The notes: generated by a model from the sequence alone, not told the origin. 64,000 nucleotides of DNA from Eledone cirrhosa (GCA_964016885.1 OZ024740.1:56296001-56360000); one strand, 5' to 3'; shown: positions 28,937-43,800, numbered from the stretch's first letter. Translations and numbers: made by a program.

Positions 28937-31900
28937 TTTCTATTTATTTGCCACCAGGGCATCAAAGATTGGGACAAATACAAAGGGGGGAGTTTACATG
29001 CATTTAAAAAGACGTGTAAAAAACATATAACAAATTAAATTTAATAATCAATGTCCTCAATAGGGAGGGGCGTTGACATGGGTCGCACACACCCCCGAGA
29101 AAATGTGCAACCCTCCTCTTCAGGAGCACAAAGAGCGGGTGCTTCCTTCCTCTTCTCATTCTTCTCCTCTCTCACCTACAGGCTGATATAGAGAGAAGGC
29201 CCATTCACTCGGGCCATTCTCGCTACTTTCACCCATCTTTCATAAAACTTGCTGGGGTCGAGCACCTCTCTCTCCATTCTGATCCTTCTTCTAAAGTGGT
29301 ACTTGAAAAAAAAGACCAGTTGTTGGCCGGAGAGAAAGGTGTCTGACCTCAGCCCTTTCAACCTTGTCCACCATACAACTTCTTTCAACATGGCTATCAC
29401 ACAGAGGAAAACCGTCTCTCCTTCGTTTTTGAAAGGGGAGGCGGTTTGATCGTGACAATGTTCTCGGTGGTCAACCGGATTGGTCCCACCCGCGACAGTA
29501 GTCGTTCTACATAGCCCCACAGGTCAGCAAGGCCCGGACAGTGTACGAATGCGTGTGCGACGGTTTCCTCGTCACGCACTTATCTTGGACAGATCTTCTT
29601 CGAGGGGTCCCTACCCGGGCGCCCGTGTCTGTAGAGCTTGTCCCGAACTGGTAGAGCTCCTCGGTAACATTGCCAAGCCAGGGACTTTTGGAAGTTGTCC
29701 ATCGGTCCCGGGCCAAACGTCTTACCGAACAGACTGGCCAGCTCGTCTTCCTCCATGCCCAGAGCCTCTCCGAGAGCGTCGTCGCACTTACTGCACACCA
29801 ACCCTCTATAGAATGTTGAGGTTGAGTCTCCACTGATTGCCGGATCCGTTAGCCAGAGGGCCGTGAGCGCCTGGGCACATTCAATGTGCCAGACGCCCAC
29901 TTTTCTCGGTCTTTGCTTGACCCAGGATTGCAGCTCGGTGAGTGAGACGAGTCTCGGAAAGGCTCGCCTCACAAACAGGGCCCACACTGATCGGTGAGGA
30001 ATACCTGGAGGTGCCGTAGCCTTAATGCGTGTCTACGCATCGTCAGCCACGGCATCCCCAGCCTCCGTTCGAAGGGTGGTGACAGCAGATGGATCTTCTC
30101 ACCAAAGCAGCCCGCTTCTTCCAAAGAAATCGGAAGAGCGCGCGCTCCATTTTTGCGAGTGTTTTCTCTGGGCAAGGCACGACGGTCAAGCGGTAGTAGA
30201 TGACGGACGCTATATAAGCGTTCGCCACCTCCGCTCGACCTTTCAGGGATAGTTTGCACTCGGCCCACTTCTGGGCGAGTGCAAAGACCTTGCCCGTTAC
30301 CTCGTCCCAGTTTTTCTCCACTTGGAGGTCCAGTCCGAACCAGACCCAGAGCAGCTTCACCGGTCCCTCCGTCCAGCGTCCGACGGTGCAGTCGGAGGGC
30401 ATCGTTATGCCCCTCCACGTCCCGAGTTGCAAACCGACGGACTTGTCCCGGTTCAGCTTGGCTCCTGTGAACCTTTCATATTCCTCACGTAAGGTGCCGA
30501 TCTGCCCGATTTCCGAGGCGCACGACACCTTTACTGTCACGTCATCGGCGTAGGCCGACACCGCTTTCCGCAATCCCGGTTCAAAGCGGATGCCCTGCAA
30601 CAGCTCCAGCTTCCGCAGTAGTGGCTCGAGAGCCAGCACATACAGGAGGGAGGAGAGAGGGCATCCCTGTCGAATGGATCGCGTGATTTGGAACGGCTCC
30701 GAGAGGTAGCCGTTCACCTTGACCCTCGAGCAGGTGTTGCTGCTGTGCATTGCAGCAATCCAGCCCCTGAAAATGGGTCCGAAGCCTGCCGCCGCGAGCA
30801 CCGCATCCAGATACCGATGGTCAACCCTATCGAACGCCTTAGATTGATCCAAGTTGATCAGGGCCCCACCAAAGCCGGGTTCGTTCCTTACCCTCTCTAC
30901 GATGTATCGCATGAGGTGGAGGTTGTCGTGTATGGACCTGGACGGGATTGCGCATGTCTGCGCTTCTACCACCAGGTTCCCGGCGACAAGCGCCAACCTC
31001 TTCGCTAACACCTTGGCCAAAATCTTTAACACTGTGTTTAGCCGAGTTATGGGCCTGAAGTTATCTATGTCATCCCCCTTGTTCTCGTCCTTCCTCACCA
31101 GCGTGACTACGCCCTTGGTCACAGAACTGGGAATTCTCCCGTTCTGTTGCCAGTTGCAGTAGACCGCCACGAGGAGACCGGAGAACAAGCCCGGCATCGC
31201 TACATAAATTTCGTATGGTAGACCATCGAGACCCGGAGATTTGCGTTTGCCGCATTGGCTCAGCCCTTCCCCTATTTCAGCGGCTGAAATCGGCCTCTCG
31301 CAGGTCTTCGCCTCCCCGTCCGAGAGCCGCGCCAGACCCTCGAGGTATGGACCGAAATCCATGGCCCCCACCCGGCCCGCCGCCCCTCCCGAACAGTCGT
31401 GCAAAGCGCCGTTGAAAGGCCGCGCTCATCCGCTCAGGTTCAAGGATCACGCGTCCATACTGGTCCTTCAAAGACCGAATCGTCGACTTGTTTCCACTTT
31501 TTGCCTTTGTCACTCGGGCCCAGCTAACAGCTTTGGCTCCCTCGTTACCCAGAGCACGTATTTTACTCCTGACAACGCAGCCCTCGTGCTTCACATCAAA
31601 GAAATTGTCTAGGGCCGTTCTTGACGCCAGCACGCCGGCCACGTTGCCACTCCTAATCGCCTCTTCTACTCTATTTGTTAATTCCCTTTCAGTTCTATTC
31701 CTATCTGATGCTAATTCCCGACTAAAACCTATCGATTCTATTCTAATTTCTCTCTTGAGAGAGCCCCACCAGCTGCTGTTGACAATTGCCCCCGTCAAAC
31801 GCTGCTTAACTAGTGTGCTAATCCGCTTACTGTAAGCTTTGTTTGTCGGTAAAGACAAGTTTAGCTTCCAGTAACCGGGTCCCTGTCTATGAGTTCTATC

Positions 31901-33619
31901 AAGGTTGACCACTCCGGTCACCAACTTGTGATCCGAATAGTCAACCATGAACATTCGTGGACAGCTTAATATGTCCCTATCCTTATTTCTAACTAGGAAC
32001 CTATCTAGGTACGACCTAGATGTTCCGCTGAGATTAGTCAACGTCCACAGTGGCACAGTCGGAAAATCTAGTCGATTAATCGTTTGAGGCTGTTACACCC
32101 CCCTCTATCGGGACATGCCCATACATAGTCCCAACGTGCATCCAGGATACCATTCCAGTCCCCCACTAAAAGCAAGAAGTGAGACGTTCCCAGGAAATTC
32201 TCCAGGCGTCGGAAGAAGTCCGGTCGCGGTGTCCCAGATGGGGAATGCGCTGCCACCAGCCTGAAAGCTCCACCTTCACCACTGCCAACGTCTAAATCCA
32301 CCAATCGACCCTCCGGGTCCAGGTGTACCTTCTGTGTGGCAAGACCCAGGTATTTTCGCAGCAGAACGACAACCCCACCCCCACCCCTTGGCTGACAGAG
32401 AGATGCGTAGATCTCAAAGTCGTCGAAGATGGGGGCCAGTTGGCGCTCGCTGCTGATCCTGGACTCGCAAATAACCATTACATCCACTCTGTACGACCTG
32501 AGGTCATTTAAGAGTTTGCCCTGTTTCCAGGACATCCCCAGGCCGCGTGCATTCACACATCCAACTCTTATATTGGCCATGTTGGTGCTGAGGAGTTAAA
32601 AAGGAAGAGGAAAGGAAATTAGTTACCTCTTCGTCTCCTGGGACCAGGCTGCACAATTTCCATGGGGGTGTTGGAAGGGTTGTTTGGTGAGGTGGTGGTT
32701 TGTGGTGGGGTGAGGACATCAGTGTGTGGTGGGATTAGGGTGTTTGGTGGGGTGTAGGGGTGGTGAAACATCTCAATAGGACGTTGTTAAGTGGTTTGGT
32801 GCAGTTGGTCCCCGCATGCATTGGATGGTTCTTTTTCAAAGTTACATAGGTTTCCGTTGGGACCCAAATCATCATTAGGTGCGGTTTGTTCGCTGCGTAG
32901 ATGAAAGTGATCCCTTCGGTTTCCACCGAAGGGTTATTTTCTATTGCTTTCATCAACGTTTTATTGTTCTTGTTAATGTATGTATAGAGTTTTTGTTGTG
33001 TTGTGTTTGTTTTTGTTTGTTGTTCTTGTGCGTGTTTGCGTTTTGTAGTATGTCTTATGTTTTGGGGAGGGGTGTTTTTTTTTGTTTGTGATGTTTGTTC
33101 TGTTTGTGCTGGTGGTTGTGTGTTTGTAGCATTTTTGTTAATGTGGTGCCTTTTTTTTTCCTTTTCACCTGTTGAAAGAGTTCTACCTCGTCGTCACTGT
33201 ATGACGTTGATACGGAGTCCTCTTCCGTGTTGTTGGGGAGGGGTATATTTTGGGGTTTTGTTGTGGTTGCTTTTGTATTTGTTTTAGGTGGGGAGGGGTT
33301 GGGTGGAACAGTGTTTTGTGTTGTTATTTTTCCGTGTTGTTGTGGTTGTTGTTGTTGTTGTTGTTGTGGTGGTGGTGGTGGTGGTGGTGGTGGTGGTGGT
33401 GGTGGTGGTGGTGGTGGTGGTTGTGTTGTTGTGTTCGGGGTTGGCAGAAGAGCCTTTTTTTTTTGACTCGTTAATTGAGGACAGGCAGCCCTCAGGTGAC
33501 CCCTGTTTAAGCAGTGGTGACATGACGGTCGCCTTCCCTCCACTGAAATGTTTATATAAGTTAGCCCGTCCAGAGGCACGCGTTGTGGGATATTCGCTAT
33601 TCGTTCTGGGCTCATTGGT
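28937..33619 (-). mobile_element. L1/Tx1-clade LINE, ~4.7 kb, 5'-truncated in ORF1, ORF2 broken by stops and frameshifts
   Basis: ORF1 zinc knuckle CHHCLNRGHLRAAC (33055-33615). APE endonuclease (MANIRVGCVNARGL...GDWN...LDRFL...SDHKLV, 32580-31900). RT (PGLDG, FRPI, DQSKAFDRVDH, RQGCPLS, AYADD; 30043-31404). C-terminal CxxC...H...C. TSD GTTAATTGATATAGA at 28922-28936 and 33620-33634. Confidence 0.95.
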
Positions 33620-34320
33620 GTTAATTGATATAGAGAGTGTGATTGTGAGAGTATGTTGTATGGTTGATGTAGGGAAGGGGAGAGTTTGGTGGTAATGAAT
33701 AGGGGGAGAGGATTGATAGTGATATGTTATTGAAAGATATAGAGAGGGGGACAGTTTGGTAGTGATAGATGGAGTGAGAAGGAATGAGAGAGAGTGTTGA
33801 ATGGTAGATATAAGGAGGGGGATAGTGTGGTGCTAATTGATATAGAGAGCGGGAGATTGGATGTCTATTGATATAGAGAGGGCGAGGTTTAATGTTTATT
33901 GATATAGGGAGGGGGATTGGTAGAGAGTTCCGTGTAGTAGATATAGAGAGGGGGAGAGTTTGGTTTTTATTGATATAAAGAGAAAGATTGGAAGATAGTT
34001 CTATGTAGCAGATATAGAGAGGGGGAGAATTTGGTGATTGTAGATATACAGAGCAGGATAATAGGAGAGTGCCGTATAGTAGATATAGAGAGTGTGAGAG
34101 TTTAAGAGGGATTGATATACAGAGGGGGGGTTGGGAGAGCTAAGTGTAGATATTTATAGAAAGGGAAACAGTGTATTAGTCTTAGATATAGAGAGTGGGA
34201 TAAGAGAGGCAGTGTCATGGTAGATATAGAGAGGTGTGGAGTTTGGTTTTAGCAGATACAAAGAGGGGGATCACAAGAGAGTTTTGTGTGATAAACATAG
34301 AGTGGAGGAGAGTTTGGTGG
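33620..34320. repeat. Degenerate purine-rich minisatellite, ~30-bp units containing GATATAGAGAGGGG
   Basis: About 20 recurrences of (A/T)GATATAGA. Continues on the other side of the Tx1-like insertion (28880-28936). Confidence 0.75.
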
Positions 34321-34321
34321 C

Positions 34322-34645
34322 ACTCTCGGGTCCCAAATAATAGGAGGGGTGGTAATAAATGGGGGGGATCAGTAATTGTATAGTGAACGTTCGTAAATAT
34401 GGGATTTCTTGTTATGTTCTTCTTTTGTCATATATAATGTTGTTTTAATGTAAAATAAAATTATTAGATTCTCCAGCTGCTGTATCAATATGAATCACTT
34501 GCAATAAAATTTCGCCGGAGATAGATTAGCAAAATTTAATAAGCGGGTGCGGGATGGGGTGGAAATAAAAGCCGAGGTAGTGGTGGAATAAATGTGACAA
34601 ATAAATAAGCGGGCGGTGGGGGACAATTATTCAAGACCTAAGAGT
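34322..34645. mobile_element. Possible pogo/Tigger-type MITE
   Basis: Imperfect TIRs ACTCTCGGGTCCCAAATAA / TTATTCAAGACCTAAGAGT. Confidence 0.45.
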
Positions 34646-34845
34646 AAGTGAACTATTGACGGACGTAAGAATGAAAACTCAATACCGAAGTCGAGTTTAA
34701 ATATTCATTTGTTATGACTAAGCCTTGTAACTGTGAAATCACACCTGCGTAATCAAAGGATCATCAGACAAGACTGGTGATTCTGTAAGTGCGCAGGTGA
34801 AACTTTAGAGTAACAAACCTCACCAATAGCCATAATAAATTGAAA

Positions 34846-34887
<42 letters not shown>

Positions 34888-34889
<2 letters not shown>

Positions 34890-35285
34890 GATGGCTACAA
34901 ACTCTGCTAAGAGTATTGCAATCGTTTATCAGATTCAGATGTGTGACGCTCGGATATGGCTTTTCAAGCCTGCTAGAGACTTGCACTCCTTCGCACACTG
35001 ACGACAGCTATAAATCTCCCTGGCCTGAGGTCTTGCATCAGGTTGCCTGTGAATCCTCACAATACCGTGGAGATGATAGTTCTCTGGTTCTCTTTCAACA
35101 TGGCTGAGACTGTGGCTCCTGAAACCAGATTTGCTCAAGCAAAATATTTCCACACTCAGGGCACTTCTATTCAATAGAGAGACCGATCGTTTTGAGAGAT
35201 ACACCAGGGCATTGCTTACGCACATCCCGTTTGATTGTCTCATGCGCTATGCGTCTGTCCTCAAAATTATGGACCCCATCGTTCA
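34888..35285 (-). mobile_element. RTE-clade LINE 3' remnant
   Basis: Encodes C2H2 remnants CLSKSGFRSHSLSH and CRQCAKECKSLAGLKSHIR, like the C-terminus of the RTE at 40.2-43.7 kb. Ends ...AGCCATCATG(TA)n. Confidence 0.75.
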
Positions 35286-36481
35286 CCATTCCGCGTTAAG
35301 TTTCTCTTTCAATATATATAACAAAGAAAGTGTGGTAAGATACCAGATGGACAATAACGCATCAGAATACACGATACTTAGAATAGTAGAGTGGGTAATA
35401 GGAAAAGAGTCAGGACCCCGACGGCTGAACTCTATATAGTAGCGGGGGAACTGAGGGGCTATGCCAATAGTTATGTTTGTACCCCAAATTACCAAAACAC
35501 ACATTTATTTGAATATGCACTTCAATTTATGTACATGTTACGTTTATCGCATACCGAAGTTTTCTGATCATTTTAGCGTACAAAGAGCTAAACTAATCAC
35601 TACAACTAAATTGTCTAAATTTTCCCCCACCCACCAATTCAAAAATGCTTCCACCGCCCTGACTGTTAGCTGGATATTACACATCCGAATTGTAACTAAA
35701 ACATTCGCCACTCCTCATGTAATGAAGGGAAACTGTTTGAGATTCTATATTTAAGATATTATATTTAAGACGTTATAATTGTTTATAATACTTTTATAAA
35801 TTCTATAGTAATATTTCAAATTCTAATCCTTGATTGTTGTTGGTTAGTGGGTTACGACTACTGGAATGGGATTATGAAGTGTATGTGTATATATATATTT
35901 TCAAAAGATTTTAAAGATGAATATTGTGTAAATGTATATATATACGTAAATGCACCCGCTGTTGCTTAAATTATTATACATTCATGTTACATAGAACTGC
36001 CGAACGTACACAATACATAGAAATGAACTCAACATTTACAAAGAAAATCATGTACTTTAACTTTTAACAATGAAAATATTAAACCCACTTTAAGAAGATG
36101 CTACGATTTATACTTGAATAAATATTAATAGTTGAAGTGTTAAACATGCAAACAGAAGTGAAATACTCGTCATATACTTTAACATATTTTCAGATTTACT
36201 AAGTTTTATTTTACCATAGTTCAGTTCCATAGATGTATCACCATATCTCACATATATAAGCACCACTCGAGCTTTAAGAAAAGATACCATGAAAAGCCAT
36301 TCAAGGATTTCACTAGAATACCCTTCCTCTCAACGTCCTACGAAAGGTATTTAAAAAGACGTTCCAGTTAGCCCCCAGCAACTATATGACAACAGTTGAG
36401 CTTCAAGCCATGATTCTACATATCGGTTCATTACAGGAAACGTTATAAAGGACTTACTGAAGCATTATTTCATGTACTTTA

Positions 36482-36538
<57 letters not shown>

Positions 36539-36588
36539 CTGTAAAGAGGGGGATGTTGATACGTCTGTGTGTCTGTGTGTGTGTGTGT

Positions 36589-36630
<42 letters not shown>

Positions 36631-36714
36631 GTGCTTCCTGCAAGAGGGAGTGGATATATGGGGTGTTTGCGTTTATATATATGCATATATATTTGCATAG
36701 TAATGTATATATAC

Positions 36715-36749
<35 letters not shown>

Positions 36750-36765
36750 ATATAGACATGCACAT

Positions 36766-36798
<33 letters not shown>

Positions 36799-36883
36799 GA
36801 TATATATATATGTATACATATATACATATATACATATATATATATACATATATATATTCATATAAATAAATATATACAAATAA

Positions 36884-36950
<67 letters not shown>

Positions 36951-37003
36951 ACAAAGGAATTGTGGTAAGGAACCAAATGGACCTTAGGGTAGTAGAGTGG
37001 GAA

Positions 37004-37092
37004 ATAGGAAAAACTATGACCCGACGGCAGAGCTCAAGAAATAGCCGTCGAAACGGCTTGAGCTCTGCCGTCGGGGTCATACTTTTTCCTAT
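37004..37092. repeat. Fold-back hairpin (~35-bp GC-rich arms) terminating a truncated repeat copy
   Basis: ATAGGAAAAACTATGACCCGACGGCAGAGCTCAAG ... CTTGAGCTCTGCCGTCGGGGTCATACTTTTTCCTAT. Confidence 0.85.
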
Positions 37093-37137
37093 ATATATAT
37101 ATATATACATATATTCATATAAATAATATATACAAAT

Positions 37138-37324
37138 AATTGTTTCTACCTTTGGCACAAGGCCAGCAATTATCCAGTACATTACTGGTACTTTATTTTA
37201 TCGACCCCGCAAGGATGAAAGGCAAAGTCAACCTCGGCGGGATTTGAACTCAGATCGTAAAGGGACGTAACTATGCTGGAAAGCATGGCGTCCGACCCTC
37301 TACCGATACTGCCAATCCACCGCC
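37138..37324 (-). mobile_element. Full-length tRNA-derived SINE
   Basis: Reverse complement of 15392-15574. Flanked by AATATATACAAATAAT duplication. Confidence 0.92.
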
Positions 37325-37340
37325 TAATATATACAAATAA

Positions 37341-37721
<381 letters not shown>

Positions 37722-38276
37722 AATAGTATATATACATACATATGAATACAAGTACTCACGCACGCACTCACAGAAAAACACAGAGAAACACACACATGTA
37801 TATATACATATATATTTAAATATGTATGTGCATGTGTAGGTGTTGTTTTATGTATAACCGTACACGATATGATATTCAAAAATTAACAGTAAAAGCACTC
37901 GTTGCCTGTAAGTATAATTTCTGTTCCCAATGAATGAGGATGACTGTATCTTCAATTTTGCTGCTGCTATAGTCTTCGTGATATACTCACCTTCATACTT
38001 ACATACATTCATGCATGCATACATACATAAGTACACTCATACATATATATCATACGTATATATCATAAGTATGTTTGTATGTGTGTGTACATATATATAT
38101 ATGAAAGTGTATATGTATATACACTTTCATATATATATATGTACACACACATACAAACAGCCGCACGCACACACATCCACACACACACACACATATACAT
38201 ATATATGTGTGTGTTAAATGAAACAAACAAGACACAGGAGGCAATTTTACATAGATCTCTCTCTCTCTCTCTAAAT

Positions 38277-38320
<44 letters not shown>

Positions 38321-38554
38321 AATATGTAATACATATATATTATATTACTGAGATTTCTCTATGTTTCTACTCTGCCACTAATTAGTAATTGAAACTTAGA
38401 GAACCAACACAGGTATATATTTTTTTACTTATATCTGCACACAAACACAGAAAGGCACAACGATATACATCCATATATACACACGTAGAAGCATTCATAC
38501 ATACATATATACATGCGTACATAGGTACACACATACATATATACATACCCACAG

Positions 38555-38968
38555 GGTGGCTGCCAACTCGTTTTCGAGTACGGCCACTACTTTATATCCA
38601 TGTAGGAGAACCCCTACCGATGCGCTGAACGAGTGTGGCTTTTTAGTCCAGCCAGCGACTTGAAAACTCTGGTACAAACACTACACTTGTGACAATTATT
38701 GACACATAGTGCTGGGCCTATGGTACCATGTGCCGACAAGTGCAGAGTGATCTCCAGATATAAAGCAATGCCTGTGACGTGAAGCTTTTATAGTGAGCAA
38801 AGGCACCTCACAAAGCCAGTCCCACTCTCTTAACCAAGATGATATTTACCAAAAAGAAGAACAAGTCAACATCATTGGATACCATCAGGGTTGCAGGTGT
38901 TATATCAGAGTTTTCCTTCTCCTAGAATTCTGCCTTGACAAAGGCTAAGGGATCATCTCTCCCGGTGT
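38555..38968 (-). mobile_element. Non-autonomous RTE-derived element (family A)
   Basis: Near-identical to 44628-45026 and to the reverse complement of 46184-46596. 3' end is homologous to the last zinc finger of the RTE LINE (GTGTGGCTTTTTAGTCCAGCCAG vs ATGTGGCTTTTTAGCCCAGCCAA at about 40182). Confidence 0.8.
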
Positions 38969-39024
38969 TATATCAGGGTTTTCCTTCATACATACCCACA
39001 TACATACTTACATGCATATACACG

Positions 39025-39056
<32 letters not shown>

Positions 39057-39144
39057 CACGTACATACACACATACATACATACATACATACATACCCACA
39101 TACATACATACATGCATATACCCGTACATACATACATACATACA

Positions 39145-39176
<32 letters not shown>

Positions 39177-39893
39177 CACGTACATACACACATACATAAA
39201 TACATACATACATATATACATACATACATACATACATACATACATACATACATACATACATACATACATACATACATACATACATACATACATACTAACT
39301 GCCTCAATACAAACTTGAGAAGCTAGGCTTCATAGGAACAGAAAGAACACAACTAGTTAGGAACAGTAAAAATATGTAAAACATTCCAGAAATGTTGCAT
39401 CTAATAACTGCATATACACATGTACAGATGCAAAGCATATACATATGCACACATACAACTCAAAACATACACATCCACACATACAATAACATCCATATCT
39501 ACACATGCATGCATACGTAGTCTACCTAGTTGATGTTGTGTAAATTCCAATGAGAGAGTCTTGTGTCTATGTTAGAAACCGACTCTCTCTTTATTAGGAA
39601 AAAATGTGTGAAATTATAAAACCAGAAGAACATACATACATACATCTTTAATATTGTAATGCCATCTGCTGGACAGCTACCTTCCACTACTGTGCATGCC
39701 TTCTTTTCCCTGTCCCATATCATTATATCTGGTCTTTTATACTTGTATGTATGTATGTATGCATGTATGTATGTATGTATGTATGTATGTATGTATGTAT
39801 GTATGTATGTATATATATACATACATACATGATGGCTGCCCCCTCGTTATCGAGTATGGCCATTGCACGAGGAGAAAGAAAAAGAAAAAAAAG

Positions 39894-39927
<34 letters not shown>

Positions 39928-39951
39928 AAAATAAAATAAAAAAAAAAAGAA

Positions 39952-39984
<33 letters not shown>

Positions 39985-40152
39985 CATACACATATACACA
40001 CATATACACACACACATACATTAATAACAATAATAATAATAACAATCATAACAACAATAATAATGACAACAACAATAATAATATACATATACATATATAT
40101 ATACACACACACGCACACACATAAGCATATCTACACACACACACACACACAC

Positions 40153-43100
40153 GCGATAGCAACTAACAGCGCTGAGATCGAATGTGGCTTTTTAGCCCAG
40201 CCAATGATCTAAAATGTCTTGCACAGAGTCGGCAACCAAAACATTCACTGGGAATAGTCGGCTGTGGTTGGAGTTCGTGTACTTTTGCATGTCGCTTGAG
40301 CCCTCCTGCTGATTTACATTCTCTACCACATGTTTGGCAAGCATGATGAGTAGCATCTCAACAGCAGCCTGGTAGTCAACCACTGGTCTTACTTTATGAG
40401 TGCGAAGATGACTTTCGAGTCCAGCTTTGCTTAGGCAGAGTCTCGCACATACGCTGCATGTCAGCACCATAGGAGGACCCTCGCCGTCTGGAAGTGCAAC
40501 AGCAATGCCCTTCCTCGCATCCCGCTTTACTTTCTCGTATGCGATTCGAGATGCCTCAAAGGCAACTTTTCCCTCATATACAGTCTTTCTCCATTTATTA
40601 CGATCAGCAGCAATATTCTCCCATGTATCAGCAGAGATGTTAGCGTCTTTCAGAGAGGCTTTCAAGGAATCTTTATACCTCTTTTTTGGTTTATGTGGCG
40701 GTCGTTTTCCTTTAACCAACTCTCCATAAAAGAGTTGTTTTGGTATTCTAGAATCCTTCATCCTGGCAAGGTGACCACTCCAACGGAGTCGTTGCTTCAG
40801 CACAAGAGCTTCTATACTGTCACACATAGAGCTTTCCAAAATCTCGACATCACTGATGTGGTCCCTCCAGTGAACGCCATGGATCCGTCTGAGACACATC
40901 TGATGGAAACGCTCCAATTGCTTAAGGTGATGTCGATATGTGACCCAGGTCTCGCAGGCATAAAGAAGACAAGAGAGCACACATGCCCTGTACACCTTTA
41001 CCTTTGTCCTCCTGCATATATCTCGCCGACCCCAGAGTCGCCTTTCTAGCTTTCTGAAAGCACCACTTGCTTTCCTAATCCTAAGTGAGATTTCACTGTC
41101 AAGGTTACTGCATCGATTGACAGTGCTTCCCAGGTAGACAAACTGATCAACCATTCCAAGTCGTTTGCCATACACATAGATGTTTAGTTCAGTGTACTGC
41201 TTACCAGGGGCAGGTTGGTACATGACGACGGTTTTCTTGAGACTGACAGTCAGACCTAGGGCAGTGCAAGCGTCAGAAAATGTATTCAAAATGTGTTGCA
41301 TATCACTCTCTGTGTGCGCTACAAGATCGCAATCATCTGCATACAAGAGGTCTCTTATGATTGATGTAAATACCTTTGTCTTCGCAGCAAAGCGCCTGAT
41401 GTTAAATATGCTGCCTGAGGTTCGATATCGGATGTAAACACCATGCTCACAATTCCTGAATGCAATACAGAAAACCATTGCAAAGTATATGGCAAACAGG
41501 GTCGGTGCTGGAATATCCCCCCGTTTCACTCCATTTTTTACTGAGATAGGCTCCGACATGTTACCCCCGACATTAACCCAAGCCTTCATGTCGTCATGGA
41601 AAGACCCAACTAAAGCAAGGAACTTATCAGGGCAACCAAGTTTCTGGAGAACCTTCCATAATGCATCTCTGTTAACAGTATCGAAAGCTTTTGTCAGATC
41701 GACAAAAACCTGATACAGATCCAAACCTTGTTCCATGCACTTCTCCTGGAGCTGTCTAGCTGAGAAGATCATATCAGTAGTGCCGCGTCCAGCACGAAAA
41801 CCAGATTGACTTTCAGGAAGAACACAATCTGCAATGTGTGTCAGCAGACGGTCCAGAAGCACCCTACATAAAACTTTCCCTACGACAGAAAGCAATGATA
41901 TACCTCTGTAGTTCCCACAATCGTTCCTGTTACCCTTTCCCTTGTACAAGACCACCATTACTGCATCTCTCCAGTCCTCAGGTACGGATTCATTAGCCCA
42001 TATCCTGCCAAACAAAGAGTAAAGATGTTGCAGGAGTCTCTCGCCACCATATTGTAGGAGCTCAGCATGTATGCCATCCATACCTGGAGATCTTCCACTG
42101 TTCAGCTTCGAAATAGCCACTGCAACCTTCACAAGCGTCGGAGGTTCTGCGAGAGCTACTTTCACAGGACTTTCTGGAATGAGATTGAGGAAATCTTCAC
42201 TGACAACAGACGGCTCATTCAAAAGATCATCAAAGTGATCTCGCCACCTTCGTAGAAGTCCTTGTGAGTCACGAAGAAGTTATTTGCAATCCTTGCTGCG
42301 AAGCGGTGTCACCAGAGAAGAAGACGGTCCATAAACCTCACGCAAGAGACTGTACAACAGCTTTGTGTTATTGGAATCAGACGCAGTTTGTATCTCACCA
42401 GCCTTCTCACTCCACCACTGATCCTTCATCTGAGAAAGACTCCGCCTAACACGTGATTTTACATCCCTGAGTTCCTCATGCAACGTATTCCTCTCCTGTG
42501 GTTTTGCCGTCAAGTAGCGTGACAGAGCACGCCTCTTATCAGCCAACAAGTCTTCTATGTGTACATCATTCTCATCAAACCAGTCCTGATGTTTCCTCTG
42601 CGCCAATCCCAGAACACGCCTGCCTACGTCATAAACCGACTTTTTAAGGGTCGGCCAATCCTCACCAAGATCTGCAGCCTGCATCTCTTCTTCCAATGTC
42701 CTCTTCACATTTTTATCCTTAAGACGAGCAGCATTCAATCTTTTGGGCAGGGCAACACCAGGAGCCCGGATTTTACGTTTAGTGATTAGTTTCACTTTTG
42801 CGCGTACCAGGCGGTGGTCCGTCCAGCACTCAGCTCCACGAAGAACACGAACACTCTGCACATCCTGTCTGTCACGCATCCTGACTAGGACGTAGTCCAA
42901 AAGATGCCATTCCTTAGATGCAGGATGCATCCATGTGGTCTTGAATTTGTTCTTTTGTTGGAACATGGTGTTGGTAACACACAGATCCAGCTCCTCACAC
43001 ATCTGAAGCAGGAGCATACCATTGCTGTTACACTTTCCCACCCCATGCCTTCCGATTACATTCCATGTGTTAAAATCCCTACCCACTCTAGCATTAAAGT

Positions 43101-43715
43101 CACCAAGCACGATGACTTTGTCTGCCTGAGGGATATTTCTTAAAACACCTTTCAAGGCATGGTAAAAGGACACCTTTTCCTCATCGACAGAACTCATAGT
43201 TGGAGCATACACACTCACCAGGGTAGCATATCTTCCCTTGTCCAGCGGAACTCTCATGGACATAAGACGCTCACTAATCCCTACTGGGAATTCTTCTAAT
43301 TTGTTCACAAGCACAGTCTTAACAGCAAATCCTACCCCAGCCTCTCTTCTGGTTCCTTCATCTCTTCCTTTCCAGAAGAATGTATATTCTCCACGAAATT
43401 CCGTAAGATGACCATCTCCAGCTAGCCTCGTCTCAGATAAAGCCACGATGTCAAGATCGTAACATCGAAGCTCCTTTGTAACAAGAGCGGTCCTTCGTTC
43501 AGGACGCCCCAAGGAATCCCTGTCAAGCAGCGTTCGTACGTTCCGGCAGCCAAGACTAAATGCCTTGTTTGGCTCTATTACAATGGCAGGATGACGAGCG
43601 GGCCCAGGCTGTGATAACCTGGGGCCCCTGCCCTTATTGCCAATGATCTTTTTTGTTCCAGAACCTAAATTGCCAATTATCTCTTTTATACTGTTCTGGA
43701 ACATCATTGAATTGG
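40153..43715 (-). mobile_element. RTE-clade (BovB-like) LINE, near-intact single ORF
   Basis: APE endonuclease ORF 43707-42280 (LSETR, GDFNARVG, LDYVL, TDHRLV) continues in the same frame after one TAA into RT ORF 42222-40192 (DLTKAFD, LYADD, YLGS). Three C-terminal C2H2 fingers, with a frameshift near 40345. (TG)n tail. Confidence 0.96.
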
Positions 43716-43744
43716 AAAAAAAAAAAAAAAAAAAAGTAATAATA

Positions 43745-43775
<31 letters not shown>

Positions 43776-43800
43776 TAGTACACTATTAATAATTATTAAT

